Shown here in pieces: positions 20,901-31,911 of a stretch of 64,000 nucleotides of DNA (within the stretch, counting starts at the first letter, position 1; the number at the start of each line of letters is the position of its first letter). The stretch is from Pseudomonadota bacterium (GTDB lineage: Bacteria > Pseudomonadota > Gammaproteobacteria > JAKAQQ01), in NCBI GenBank assembly GCA_021798115.1, contig JAJZYM010000002.1, forward strand, positions 14,872 through 78,871. Direction: 5' to 3'. The position numbers were made by a program, and so were the translations under genes. The notes beneath the pieces were generated by a model. It had not been told where the DNA came from. It ran no database searches and was given only the letters and a program-made list of their open reading frames with translations.

Positions 20901-21009
20901 TCTCGGGCATGGTGAGAAAGGCATAGACGCCCGAGGCCAACAAGAGTGCGGCGAGAAGGATGAGGGTGCTGCGGGTTTCCCAGAGAAAGCGCAGATAGCG
21001 CGTGATCAC
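17956..21009 (-). CDS. RND efflux permease (AcrB/CusA-like)
   Basis: About 1017 aa with 12-TM pattern, GALVDHAIVIVE, RLRPILMT, LQPLA; GTG at 21009 overlaps the adaptor stop. Confidence 0.92.
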   Translation of the reverse strand: MITRYLRFLWETRSTLILLAALLLASGVYAFLTMPESVFPPINFPKVAVLVHTENLPVRYMLVAVTRPLEDIAKGEPGVTLVRAQTGNGLSKLHVYFRHGTSAEQDYLLLQARLSHVPLPPGAAMSVRLMTPNIYPLVESALVSRRLNSSAMMATFAFTIRPALLSIPGVYHVHATGRGEPEVRVMLHARRLAQYHLSAADVVRALRAYQGPFFSGVLNAYHEQFLIATTARPRSVRALASLELPLGPPDARGLRTPIPLGALGTLRIAPPPLIREAAVAGWPHALILDISAQRGTNQTRVAAAVTRELQRLSRHLPPHMHLVSVYDLSRLIRSSLSDVWAALGLGTALTFLVILLFLGRLDAALSTLTVVPLALGATLLTLHALGFGVDIMTLGGLTAAVGALVDHAIVIVERGIHGLDEEGVEARREQALQRLRHILTLMTLATLTAIVVFLPLVFLSGTVGLLFRSMALAIVIALVTSQIIALTITPVLALWVAGHTPGHYRLWGERWLRRSYGRWLIGGVRRPWLVAPLLVVLLLITAVAAVQLPTAFLPHWDEGLFVVPFRTPAGSGPKQTLRIGRRLMAIARHDPEVKHVSLVVGRGLGNAYSTPNKGALTVQLKSRHSESTERVMQSLRRLFRRAVPDLTTLETQQIMINRLGNMSGSHAPLVIQLFGKSSRELQALAAGLTRKLEASHDFHSIVLKAPSTGPEIQIQPNAQAVMEGFAPQAIADGLKARFWGETAGFLLHGEQILPIDVHVTNPPDVTPQNLGRTLLALPDGTRAPLSLNTEMHLQGVVPYVTYQNLAPDAEIKLSPRSGEGLSVAAARAQSIIARTHLPAGVTSRIAGYYREQQTSFRHMLVILAAALLILLILLGLQFGSQRAAAVALLSVALAAPGALLLLLLTGTDLDSTAFLGVLLVFAVAVNNVILIFARARQLGGHPPRPSSVVLAARERLRPILMTMLADVFGFLPLAVGVGHGTDLLQPLALSVMGGLLLATFMTLWVAPVLYGALPQRR

Positions 21010-22016
21010 GGCCGGACGCTCACCCGTGTTCCGGGGCGCAAGCGGGTCACGCCTTTGGTGATCACCTTCGCACCGATCCGGAGTGGTCCCTGAATTTCCG
21101 CCATCCCGCGCGCGCGATAGACGATACGGACGCGGACCCTTTGCGCCCGCCCCCGGCGAATCACCCAAACGAACGCCTGTCCGCCCCGCATGACGACGGC
21201 GAACTGCGGAACTTGATAGAGATTGGGGGTCCGGATCTCAAGGGGAATCCGGAGGGTTACCCATTCCCCCGGGAGAAGAGGGCTTTCGGGCGCGATACGG
21301 ACAATGATCGGCACGAGCCCGAGCGGGCGAGCGCTCGTCCCCTGGCTTTGCACGATCCCGTGACCGCGCCAACGGCCCCTCTGGATGGCGACGACGGTCC
21401 CGTCCCGGATGCGGCGGAGATCCGCGGGCGGAAGAAGCGCGTGGATCCAGGGACGCCCGCGGCCCTGCAAGCGGGCGATCACAGTGCCCGCCCCGACCAC
21501 GGCCCCGGAGGTCACCCGATAGCGGATCATGCCCGAAAACGGAGCGGTGAGAACCGTCTCTTGCTCCTCGGCCTCGAGGCTTCGCAAGGAGGCGCGATCC
21601 TCACTGAGGAGCAGGCGACGGCGCTCGAGTGTTTCTCGGGCGATGACTCCGTCGCGGAACAATCGGCGGCTGCGACGATACTCGAGAAGCGCGTAGGTGA
21701 CTTGGGCGTGTGCGGCGCGGAGCTGCGCTGCAAGACCCGGGGGGACGATGCGGACGATACGCTCTCCCCGCCGGATGTCCCCGGCCGGAGGCAGGGGTCC
21801 TTGCAGGAGTCCCGTGACAGGCGCCGTGAGCGTGAGCGATGCCAGGCTGCGGACCTCGCCGAGGACGTCGAGGACGGGGCGTTTCGAGACAGGGCGGATC
21901 GTGGCCACCCGGATGACGAGGACTGTTCCCAGGGCCGGCGTCGAGGCCAAGAACATGACGAGAGGCACGAGAGGCAAGAGCCGCCACGGAGACCACATCG
22001 AGCGGAGGGTCCTCAT
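21006..22016 (-). CDS. RND periplasmic adaptor (membrane fusion protein)
   Basis: Signal peptide, lipoyl half-motifs (LTAPVTG, LTAPFSG) flanking a hairpin; operon context. Confidence 0.88.
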   Translation of the reverse strand: MRTLRSMWSPWRLLPLVPLVMFLASTPALGTVLVIRVATIRPVSKRPVLDVLGEVRSLASLTLTAPVTGLLQGPLPPAGDIRRGERIVRIVPPGLAAQLRAAHAQVTYALLEYRRSRRLFRDGVIARETLERRRLLLSEDRASLRSLEAEEQETVLTAPFSGMIRYRVTSGAVVGAGTVIARLQGRGRPWIHALLPPADLRRIRDGTVVAIQRGRWRGHGIVQSQGTSARPLGLVPIIVRIAPESPLLPGEWVTLRIPLEIRTPNLYQVPQFAVVMRGGQAFVWVIRRGRAQRVRVRIVYRARGMAEIQGPLRIGAKVITKGVTRLRPGTRVSVRP

Positions 22017-23320
22017 CGGGGAAGTCGACCTTCATCGAGCAGGAGTTGCACGCCCGCCATGCGTTCTTCGATCCGTGCGTTCGCGCCCGCGAGCTCGGCC
22101 TGGATCAGATCCCTCTGGGCCTGGCTCAGCACGAGCGCGTTGAGGGCTCCGTTCCTGAAGCCGTGGAGTGTCATCCGGTAAACCCGCCGCGCCTCTCGAG
22201 CGACCTCGGCGCTTCGGCGCGAGGACTCGAGTGCCCGACGGAAAACACCGTAATCGCGATTGATGCGCTGTCGAATCCGCAGCACCAAGGCGTTTTTGGC
22301 TTGACGCAGGGCGGAGAGATGCGCGTGGGCCGCGGCCAGACGCTCTCGATAACGCCCAAACCCGAGAAGGGGCAGGCTCAGATCGACGCCCGCCTGCCAG
22401 CCGAGGTCACGGGCCTCGGGAGCGGTGGCCGTATCCACACCGTAGGCGACATAGCCTTGGACCGCGGGCAGTGTTGCGGAGCGTTGCACCCGCACTTCGG
22501 ACCGTCCCTGCAGGATCCGTCTCCGAGCCACACGGATCAAAGGTTGAAAACGAACGGCGTTGCGCCACAGTTGCCGGAGTGGAGACGGAACGTACGGCTT
22601 TGCCGGCCACAGGACGGAGATGGAGGCCGAGGCCGGCAGGCCCAGTTCCATGTTCAACGCCCGTTTTGCGGTGGTCTCGGCGGTGCGACTCTGCGCGTAA
22701 CGCGCACGCGCCTCGATGAGGAGCAGGCGGGTCTGGACCACGTTGAGACGAGCGCTCGCCCCCGCACGATACGCCCGTCGCGTCCGTTCGTAGAGGCTCC
22801 GATCGTAGGCGACGGTTTGGTGCCAGATCGCAACGTGATTCTCGGCCAGAGCCAGTCGGAACCAGGCGTTCACAATCCGGGACGCCACCTGCAGGCGGGC
22901 CAGACGAAGCTCGCTTCGTGCCAGGTCGGCGCGGTCGCGTGCCAAACGGGAGAGAGCTCGGAGTTCTGGGGCGTACAAGGGCACGCCGACGGCGATTTCG
23001 CCAATGACCTCACGGGTCCCGTTCGCCGCAACGTAGAGCGGCTGCCCGTCCCGGCCTTGCGTCCAGATGCTCGCGCCACGCAAGAAAAGCTCCGGCAGTC
23101 GATTGGCGCGAGCTCCCCGGGCAAGATCGCTTGCGGCACGCAGATCTTCTCTGGAAGAAGCCACGGCGGCCTGCACTCTGAGGCCTCGCCGCACGGCCCG
23201 TGAGAGTGTCCACCCCGAGGCCCAGAGAGGGGCGACGATGAGCACGGGGGCCAGGAAGGCATAGATCAAAAAACGAAACGAAGTCAATATCGAGCGATGG
23301 GCTTTGTAATGCGACTGCAA
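22013..23320 (-). CDS. TolC-family outer membrane efflux protein (start uncertain)
   Basis: Two OEP repeats (RLPEL, TLPAV, LSLPL; YRAG and FRNG), upstream of the MFP and RND genes. Confidence 0.87.
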   Translation of the reverse strand: MQSHYKAHRSILTSFRFLIYAFLAPVLIVAPLWASGWTLSRAVRRGLRVQAAVASSREDLRAASDLARGARANRLPELFLRGASIWTQGRDGQPLYVAANGTREVIGEIAVGVPLYAPELRALSRLARDRADLARSELRLARLQVASRIVNAWFRLALAENHVAIWHQTVAYDRSLYERTRRAYRAGASARLNVVQTRLLLIEARARYAQSRTAETTAKRALNMELGLPASASISVLWPAKPYVPSPLRQLWRNAVRFQPLIRVARRRILQGRSEVRVQRSATLPAVQGYVAYGVDTATAPEARDLGWQAGVDLSLPLLGFGRYRERLAAAHAHLSALRQAKNALVLRIRQRINRDYGVFRRALESSRRSAEVAREARRVYRMTLHGFRNGALNALVLSQAQRDLIQAELAGANARIEERMAGVQLLLDEGRLPR

Positions 23321-23404
23321 TCTTCATGGTTACTATACCGTACCGTGCTTTAGGCATTCGGGCGATGCCGGCATCGAAAGGGTGGGCGATCGGCTTTCCG
23401 TCCC

Positions 23405-23434
23405 AAAAAAACCGGCCACGGGGATCGTGGCCGG
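23405..23434 (-). terminator. Rho-independent terminator after the lipoprotein gene
   Basis: 9-bp stem CCGGCCACG/CGTGGCCGG with a 5-nt loop, followed by T7 on the minus strand. Confidence 0.85.
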
Positions 23435-23488
23435 AGGGAAGAGTTCTGGATTTTGGGATTGAGAGCCGACCCGAGCTCGTCGGGGGTG

Positions 23489-25291
23489 TCAGCTGAGACG
23501 CACGGCAATGCGCAGGGCGGTGAGGGTGTCCTGGGTGTTGTTGAACCCACCCTGAGCCCAGAAGGATTTGACCTCCGCTCCTCCGTTGAGGCGCATTCCG
23601 AGATCGCTCACGAAACCCGCGAAGGTCCGGTGCAGCGTGAGTGTGCCGTTTTGACGGATGAGGTAGGCGCCCGTTGCGGCGGGTTCGATCATGGGCGCTG
23701 AGGCGAGGCTGGTGAGGGCCACCCGGACGTCGCCGCGCTTGAGGACGTCGATCGTCGGGTTCGACGAGAGATTGGGGACGATCTCCCCGTCGTTCAGGGC
23801 CGTGAAGGCCGCGTTCGTTTCGCCCGGGAACCAGCTCAAAAAGACGACCGCACTGGCGTTGGCGTAGTCGGCGACGCTCACGGCGTTGAAGTCGGGCGGG
23901 GCGGATCCGTAAGGCGTCACGAATCCGGCGACCCGGACGGGATCGTTGCCCGCGAGACCGGCCAGTCCAAGAGCCCCTGTGGCCGCAACGTAATCGGAGG
24001 GATTCGCATCAAGGGCGGAGGAGGATCCCGTGCCCGCGAAGTTGAAGAGGCTTACCGGGCGGTGATCGATCGAGAGGAGATCGAGGGTGAGATCCCCGCT
24101 TCCGGTGGTGACCACCGTCCCGCGGAGAACGCTGAACCCGAGCCGGATCTCGCCGGGATCGGTGTCGAGCACCAGGGACGAAGGCGCCGTGCCCGAGACC
24201 GTCCCGAGGGCGGTGATCCGCTGCCCGACCGAGATGGCGTTGAGTGCCAGTGTGCCCATCGTCCCGTCCTGGTGGACGATCGTCCCGGGTCCGGTCGTCA
24301 CGGTGAAGAGGGTGTTGTAGGTCACGGTTCCGGTGCTCCGGACGAGAACCGCACCGAGCACCGTCAGGGACGAGCCCGAGATGGCGGTCACGGTCCCGCG
24401 CACCGCATCGAGGGTTCCGCCCGGGACGCTCGATCCGGCGTAGACGGCCGTGGCCGTGAGGGTCCCGGTCGAGGCGTCCATGGTGACCCGTGAGGAGACG
24501 GCGGCGAGCGGGGGAAGACCGCTCAGGGCCACGAGCCCCGCGTTCCCCTCGTACGTCGTGCCGTTCACGTCGTAGACGGTCGTGGGTGCGGTGGCGATCG
24601 TCACGCGTCCACCGTCCGGCCCGGTGAAGAAGGGACGGATACCGACCGTGTAGGTTTCGCTCGCAAGATCGACCGCGTCGAGCGGACCGCGCAGACGCAC
24701 CGGCTGGGAGGTGACCCCGATCGAGGCGTCGAGGAACGGCGCGACGACGACAGTGGGCGGATTCGACGTGAGATTCACGGTATTCGAGGCGTCGAGAGAA
24801 AAGTCGAGCGTCAGGAAGCGGGGTTCGCCCGGCTGCACGACGAGGTCGGCGTTGTTTCCGAACTCAATCGGGACCGAGACCGTTCCAAGCGCCTGACCCT
24901 GGCTGTTCACCGGTTCGAGGGCCACCGGTTGGCCGCTGCTCGAGACGGCCTCGATCGTGGCCTGGCTGTAGTCGAGGGTGGCCACCATCGAGGTGTAGGT
25001 GCCGGCCGGAACGGTGGCCGCATTCAGGAGGTCCGTGAGCGCATCCTCCTCCGCGAGATTGAGGGTGGCCGCCGTCGGGAGAAGGTTCACGACGGTGCCG
25101 TCGCGGCGGGTGAGCGTGAGGGACTGGATCGTCACCGTGTAATCGACGAAGTCGCCGGGGGCGTCTGTTCCACCGACGTAGACGGTCCCGGAGGAGGTGG
25201 TCGACGTCGATCCGCCGCCGCAGGCCGCGAGCGTGAGGAGCAGAGTCAGGGAAAGAAGCACACAGGCGTGCTTCCGGAGTGAGGTCTTCAT
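23489..25291 (-). CDS. Large lipoprotein with DUF4382-like N-terminus and beta-rich repeats
   Basis: Lipobox LAAC-GGG, TDAPGD motif, VPAGTY, LTLDF; Thr/Ser/Gly-rich. Confidence 0.75.
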   Translation of the reverse strand: MKTSLRKHACVLLSLTLLLTLAACGGGSTSTTSSGTVYVGGTDAPGDFVDYTVTIQSLTLTRRDGTVVNLLPTAATLNLAEEDALTDLLNAATVPAGTYTSMVATLDYSQATIEAVSSSGQPVALEPVNSQGQALGTVSVPIEFGNNADLVVQPGEPRFLTLDFSLDASNTVNLTSNPPTVVVAPFLDASIGVTSQPVRLRGPLDAVDLASETYTVGIRPFFTGPDGGRVTIATAPTTVYDVNGTTYEGNAGLVALSGLPPLAAVSSRVTMDASTGTLTATAVYAGSSVPGGTLDAVRGTVTAISGSSLTVLGAVLVRSTGTVTYNTLFTVTTGPGTIVHQDGTMGTLALNAISVGQRITALGTVSGTAPSSLVLDTDPGEIRLGFSVLRGTVVTTGSGDLTLDLLSIDHRPVSLFNFAGTGSSSALDANPSDYVAATGALGLAGLAGNDPVRVAGFVTPYGSAPPDFNAVSVADYANASAVVFLSWFPGETNAAFTALNDGEIVPNLSSNPTIDVLKRGDVRVALTSLASAPMIEPAATGAYLIRQNGTLTLHRTFAGFVSDLGMRLNGGAEVKSFWAQGGFNNTQDTLTALRIAVRLS

Positions 25292-25324
25292 GTGGAGGTT
25301 CCCCGGAGGGTTGTTCGTTACGCC

Positions 25325-25355
25325 TTAGAACGTCCGTCCGCGGGCGAGGTTGACA
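25325..25355 (-). promoter_or_regulatory. ECF-sigma-like promoter of the lipoprotein
   Basis: TGTCAACC-N15-CGTTCTAA on the minus strand, 33 nt before the ATG; fits the general ECF AAC...CGT pattern. Confidence 0.5.
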
Positions 25356-25506
25356 CACCCGCCGTCGACTCTCTCTCCTCACTCTCTTTCGTTGAGAAGC
25401 GGACGCCGTGTTTCCCCGCGGGTCCGTTCGTGCACGCGCCCCCACGATCTTCGCACCCGGGAGCCGGGTCTTGCCACTCGGAACTGTGGAACGGCCGAGA
25501 CGGCCG

Positions 25507-26898
25507 TCAGATCACGCGCGAATAACGCGCGCGCGTCTCGGCGAGATAAGCGTCGAAGACCATGCAGACGTGACGGACCAGGAAGCGGCCGCGGTCGGTC
25601 ACGCGGAGGATCGGCCCGTCCCACTCGATGAGACCGTCCGTGCGCAGGGTCTCGAGGGCTGGACGAGAATCGGCGAAATGCTCTTCGAAATCGATCCCCG
25701 AGAGGCGTGCGAGGGTTTCTGTGTCGAGACGGAAGTCGCAGATGAGACGGGTGATGATGTGCCGGCGGAGCTTGTCCTCCGCATCGAGCCTGAGCCCGCG
25801 CTCGACGGGGAGCTTCCCGGCGTCGAGAGCGGCGTTCCACGCCTCGAGATCCTTCCGGTTCTGGCTGTAGACATCCCCGATGCTTCCGATGGCGCTCATG
25901 CCGAACCCGACGAGATCGGCTTCGCCGTGTGTCGTGTATCCCTGGAAGTTCCGGTGGAGCGTTCCCGTCGCCTGCGCGCGGACGAGATCGTCCGCGGGGA
26001 GGGCGAAGTGATCCATGCCGATGTGGACGTAGCCCGCGTTCTCGAGGGCGGCGATGCTCGTGCTCAGGATCTCGAGTTTGGCCTCGGGCGGCGGGAGTTC
26101 GGCGGCGGAGAGACGGCGTTGGGTCGGGAATAGCTCGGGGAGATGAGCGTAGTTGAAAAGGGCCAGGCGGTCGGGGCGAAGGGCAACGACGGTCGCGAGG
26201 GTCGTTGCAAAACTCTCCGGTGTCTGCCTCGGGAGCCCGTAGATGAGATCGAGGCTGAGCGAACGGAATCCGAGGCTCCGCGCCCGGGCGAGGAGTGTGG
26301 CCACGAGCTCCGGGGACTGGATGCGGTGCACCGCCTGCTGCACCTCGGGGTCGAAGTCCTGGACGCCCAGGCTCAGGCGGTTGAACCCCAAGGAGCGGAG
26401 GAAGGCGACCCCCTCGGGCTCCACGGTGCGCGGATCGATCTCGATGCCGTACTCGCCCTCATCGTCGGCGAGGAGCGGGAAGTGCCGGCGGATTGCCGCC
26501 ATGAGACGGGTGAGGTCCGCCGCTTCGAGAAAGGTGGGAGTGCCGCCCCCGAAGTGGAGCTGCACGACCGGACGGTCTTCGAGCGAGCGGCGCACGAGAG
26601 CCATCTCGCGTTCGAGCCGCCGCACGTAATCCGTCCCCCACTCGCGGTGGCGGGTGAGCACTTTCGTGCAGGCGCAGTAAAAGCAGAGATGCTCGCAGAA
26701 CGGAATGTGGACGTAGAGCGAAAGAGGCCGCCCCGAGCCGTTGCTCTCGAGAAGGGCGCGGCGGTAGGAGGCCTCGTCGAAATCGGTCCGGAAATGAGGC
26801 GCCGTCGGATAGGACGTGTAACGCGGGCCCGGGCGATCGTAACGCCGGACGAGTTCGGGATCGAAGTGTGCCGTCCCGGTGGGCCGTGTTGAGGACAC
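25507..26898 (-). CDS. hemN: Oxygen-independent coproporphyrinogen III oxidase
   Basis: GPRYTSYPTA, radical SAM CEHLCFYCAC, GGGTP, LHRNFQGY. Confidence 0.96.
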   Translation of the reverse strand: MSSTRPTGTAHFDPELVRRYDRPGPRYTSYPTAPHFRTDFDEASYRRALLESNGSGRPLSLYVHIPFCEHLCFYCACTKVLTRHREWGTDYVRRLEREMALVRRSLEDRPVVQLHFGGGTPTFLEAADLTRLMAAIRRHFPLLADDEGEYGIEIDPRTVEPEGVAFLRSLGFNRLSLGVQDFDPEVQQAVHRIQSPELVATLLARARSLGFRSLSLDLIYGLPRQTPESFATTLATVVALRPDRLALFNYAHLPELFPTQRRLSAAELPPPEAKLEILSTSIAALENAGYVHIGMDHFALPADDLVRAQATGTLHRNFQGYTTHGEADLVGFGMSAIGSIGDVYSQNRKDLEAWNAALDAGKLPVERGLRLDAEDKLRRHIITRLICDFRLDTETLARLSGIDFEEHFADSRPALETLRTDGLIEWDGPILRVTDRGRFLVRHVCMVFDAYLAETRARYSRVI

Positions 26899-26979
26899 AT
26901 CCCGCTCCGGAGGGAGACGGAAGAATTCTACTCCTTACGTTCACTTCGGAGCGTGTCTCGGCCGCGAGAGCCGCGAGCG

Positions 26980-27755
26980 TCAGCGTAGCGAGACGCCCGC
27001 TGAGAGGCCTGCGCGAAAACTCGCGCAGACTTGGCCGAACGATGCGAAGAGTCCTCGCGCGAGGCGGTCCTCGTGGTTTTCCCACTCGGGGTGCCACTGG
27101 ACGCCCAAGATCCAGTGCCGGGGCTCGGCGTCGCGCACGGCCTCGATGAGGCCGTCCGGGGAGTGCGCCTCGCTCACGAGCCCCGGCCCGAGTGTGCGGA
27201 TCCCTTGTCCGTGCAGGCTGTTGACCGTCCAGGTGTCCTGCTCGGCGATTCGCCGGAGCCAACCGTTCGCCTCGAATGCGACCTCGTGTGCCGGGCGGTA
27301 GCGCACACGTGGATCCGGGGAGTCCGGCTCGCGGTGATCGCGAAATCCTTCTTCGTGAAGGGCGGTCCAGAGGGTTCCGCCGTAGGCGACGTTGATCTCC
27401 TCGCAGCCACGGCAGATCCCGAGGAGAGGAATCCCCCGCCGACGGGCTTCCACGACGAGCGCAAGAGCCAGGGCGTCGCGCTGGGGGTCGTACGGGCCAC
27501 GGCCTTTCTCCACAGCCGTTCCGTAACGCCAGGGTTCGATGTTGGAGCTGTCGCCCGTGAGCAGAAGGCCGTCGATCTGCTCGATCCACTCGCCGAGGCC
27601 CTCGACGGGGAGCGCCCGCGGGATGAGGACGGGGATGACCTCCGCGAGATCGATGAGGGAGCGGGCGTAGGGGATCCCGAGGGCATCGAAACCCACGCCG
27701 CCTTCTTCTCCGCCCTGGCCGACCACGGCCACGAGCGGCCGCGTGGGATGGGCTC

Positions 27756-27759
<4 letters not shown>
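26980..27759 (-). CDS. Gamma-glutamyl-GABA hydrolase-like glutamine amidotransferase (peptidase C26, PuuD family)
   Basis: DGLLLTG, LGICRG, VNSLHGQ, GVQWHPE; GTG overlaps the aminotransferase stop. Confidence 0.88.
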
Positions 27760-28964
<1,205 letters not shown>

Positions 28965-29048
28965 GGCGAAGCGGTCGGGGGCCTGGGCGGGGCGTCCGCT
29001 TATCATATACGGCTTGGCTTGATCTTCCCTCGTTGCGTCGTTTTCCCC

Positions 29049-31184
29049 GTGCCTTTTCGCCTTCATGCCCCCTATGAGCCCGCGGGCGATCAGCCCGAAG
29101 CCATCGCCGCGCTCACCGAAGGCGTCCTCCAGGGGATCCCCCGTCAGGTCCTTCTCGGCGTGACTGGCTCGGGGAAGACGTTCACCCTGGCCAACGTCGT
29201 CGCGCGTCTACAGCGCCCTGCACTCGTCCTCGCGCCCAACAAGACCCTGGCGGCCCAGCTCTATGGGGAGCTCCGGGCGTTCTTCCCGGAGAACGCCGTC
29301 GAGTATTTCGTCTCTTATTACGACTACTACCAGCCCGAAGCCTACGTCCCGCAAAGCGACACGTACATCGAGAAGGACGCGACCGTGAACGAGCAGATCG
29401 AGCAGATGCGTCTTTCGGCGACGCGGGCGCTTTTTGAGCGCGACCATGTCGTGATCGTGGCCACGGTCTCGGCGATCTACGGCCTCGGCGACCCCGGATC
29501 GTACCAGGCCATGACGCTCCCGCTCGGGGTCGGAGACACGCTCGATCAACGGCGCATTCTCCGCCGCATGGCTGAGATGCAGTACAACCGTAACGACTAT
29601 GAGCTCAAGCCGGGAACGTTCCGCGTGCGCGGCGAGATCGTGGACATCCATCCCAAGGAGTCCGACAACCAGGCTCTCCGCGTGGAACTCGACGACGACA
29701 GGATTGCCTCGCTCACGCTCTTCGATCCGCTCACCGGCCGTCTGGGCCGTCGTCTCGAGCGCTATACCCTCTATCCCGGGACGCACTACGTGACGCCGCG
29801 CGAGCGGGTGCGCGCCGCGGTCGATGCGATCCGCGAGGAACTCGCCGCCCGTCTCGAGGAACTCCGTCGTGCGGGCCGACTCCTCGAAGCCGAGCGACTC
29901 GAGCAACGCACGCGTTTCGATCTCGAGATGCTGATCGAGCTTGGTTACTGCACCGGGATCGAGAATTACTCGCGTCACCTCTCGGGGCGTGCCGCGGGGC
30001 AACCCCCGCCCACGCTCTTCGACTATCTTCCGGGCAACGCGATCCTCTTCATCGACGAGAGCCACATCACGATCCCCCAGCTCCACGGGATGTATCGGGG
30101 CGATCACAGCCGCAAAGCCACTCTCGTTGAATACGGCTTCCGCCTGCCTTCGGCGCTCGACAACCGCCCGCTCATGTTCGAGGAATTCGAAAGACGGGAT
30201 ATTCCGACGATCTACGTTTCCGCAACACCGGGGCCCTACGAGCGGGCGCACGCCGTGCGGATCGTCGAACAGCTCGTGCGTCCGACGGGTCTCGTTGATC
30301 CTGAGATCGAAGTCCGCAGCGCCCGTGGCCAGGTCGAGGATCTCCTCGGTGAGGCGCGGGCACGGGCCGCCCGGGGGGAGCGCACCCTTGTGACGACCCT
30401 CACCAAACGCATGGCCGAGGATCTCCACGAATACCTGAACGAGCACGGGGTCCGCGCCCGTTATCTTCACGCCGACATCGACACCGTCGAACGAACCGAG
30501 ATCCTGACGGACCTTCGGAAGGGGGTTTTCGATGTGCTAGTCGGGATTAATCTTCTTAGAGAAGGTCTTGATCTTCCTGAGGTTTCATTGGTCGCAGTTC
30601 TGGACGCCGATAAGGAGGGCTATCTCCGTTCGGCCTCATCCCTGATCCAGACCGTGGGACGTGCTTCGCGTCATGTGGACGGACGGGCGATCTTCTACGC
30701 CGAGACCGTGACCGCGTCCATGCGTGAGGCCCTCGAGGAGACCGCACGCCGTCGCGCCCGCCAGGAAGCCTACAACGAAGCCCACGGGATCGTCCCCGTG
30801 GGGATCCGAAAGGCGGTTGGGACCGTTCTCCCGTCTCTCCCGACCGAGGACACTTCGGGGGAGGAGGCGCCGACGACCTCCGGGAAGGACGAACTTGACC
30901 CTGCCGTCTACCGCGACCCGCGGCACCTCGCTCGCGCGGTTGAAAAACTCGAACGCGAGATCCGTCGCCACGCCGAGAAGCTCGAGTTCGAAGAAGCCGC
31001 ACGGCTGCGCGATCGACTTTTCAACCTCAGGGCCAGGGCTTTCGTGGGGGTCGGTGCGGGCGAAAGCCGCGACCCGATCGGTGCGGAAGTGGAGGCTGCG
31101 ATGGGCGAGAGCCAAACCGGGGCGACGCGTGGGGGACGGACCCGACGACCGCGGGCACCTGCTCGGTTACGTTCCCGCCGTTGA
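29049..31184 (+). CDS. uvrB: Excinuclease ABC subunit B
   Basis: [33 protein letters not shown]-terminal UVR domain; GTG at 29049. Confidence 0.97.
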   Translation: MPFRLHAPYEPAGDQPEAIAALTEGVLQGIPRQVLLGVTGSGKTFTLANVVARLQRPALVLAPNKTLAAQLYGELRAFFPENAVEYFVSYYDYYQPEAYVPQSDTYIEKDATVNEQIEQMRLSATRALFERDHVVIVATVSAIYGLGDPGSYQAMTLPLGVGDTLDQRRILRRMAEMQYNRNDYELKPGTFRVRGEIVDIHPKESDNQALRVELDDDRIASLTLFDPLTGRLGRRLERYTLYPGTHYVTPRERVRAAVDAIREELAARLEELRRAGRLLEAERLEQRTRFDLEMLIELGYCTGIENYSRHLSGRAAGQPPPTLFDYLPGNAILFIDESHITIPQLHGMYRGDHSRKATLVEYGFRLPSALDNRPLMFEEFERRDIPTIYVSATPGPYERAHAVRIVEQLVRPTGLVDPEIEVRSARGQVEDLLGEARARAARGERTLVTTLTKRMAEDLHEYLNEHGVRARYLHADIDTVERTEILTDLRKGVFDVLVGINLLREGLDLPEVSLVAVLDADKEGYLRSASSLIQTVGRASRHVDGRAIFYAETVTASMREALEETARRRARQEAYNEAHGIVPVGIRKAVGTVLPSLPTEDTSGEEAPTTSGKDELDPAVYRDPRHLARAVEKLEREIRRHAEKLEFEEAARLRDRLFNLRARAFVGVGAGESRDPIGAEVEAAMGESQTGATRGGRTRRPRAPARLRSRR

Positions 31185-31312
31185 GAGACTACCCCTTGAC
31201 TTGATCGAGAGGTCTCGGTTGTGCTGTCACCGCACGACACCGATACTGGCTTTGTGATGTTATCATTAGAACGCAGTGAGGGATTCGGGACACGGGCCCG
31301 GGACCCGGAGAT

Positions 31313-31389
31313 AGGCGCGTAGCTCAGCTGGTTAGAGCACCACCTTGACATGGTGGGGGTCGTTGGTTCGAGTCCAATCGCGCCTACCA
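31313..31389 (+). tRNA. tRNA-Val (GAC)
   Basis: Cloverleaf; anticodon arm CCACC-TTGACAT-GGTGG; T-loop GTTCGAG; encoded CCA. Confidence 0.97.
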
Positions 31390-31393
31390 GAGA

Positions 31394-31406
31394 AATCAAG
31401 AGCTTA
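31394..31406 (+). promoter_or_regulatory. IHF-binding consensus just 3' of tRNA-Val
   Basis: AATCAAGAGCTTA matches WATCAANNNNTTR. Confidence 0.6.
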
Positions 31407-31551
31407 TAAAAATCCTGGGGCGTTCGTAAAGTGTTGCGGATGACGCTCTGGGCTGTGTGATGGCGTCCGCCCGTCGTTGCGGGGGTGTCATATCTTCCCA
31501 GACTCATTCAGCGCGACGAGCCTGTGGGTGTCAACGTCGTGGTTGATTGTG

Positions 31552-31850
31552 TCAGTGGCGACGTTCTTGCCGGGTCTCGACGCTATCGCGTGCCACGGCG
31601 CCTTCTGAAGCCCGGCCGCGCTGCCATGCTGTGTGAACCCTGGTGAACAAGATGCGAGCACGCAGCGCCTCGAAGCTGCAGCCCTTGCCCAGTCGATTCA
31701 TCTCCCGGATCATTCGGGCTTTCCGTGAATGCATTCGTGATGCGATGGTCAAGGTAGGACAGGATCTGGGGCGGCCCGTTTCGCCAGGCCGTGAGAATCG
31801 GCGTGAAAGCGGGACGTAGCTCCGGGCCCACAGCGCCGCGCCCAGTCGTC
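31552..31850 (-). pseudogene. ISL3-family transposase C-terminal remnant (frameshifted)
   Basis: ILSYLDHRITNAFTES in one frame continues as IREMNRLGKGCSFEALRARILF in another. Confidence 0.75.
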
Positions 31851-31911
31851 GAAGTGCGCGCTGGCCTGATGACAGGTTCAGCTGGCAGAAAAGGCGCAGC
31901 CGGGTGACCGG

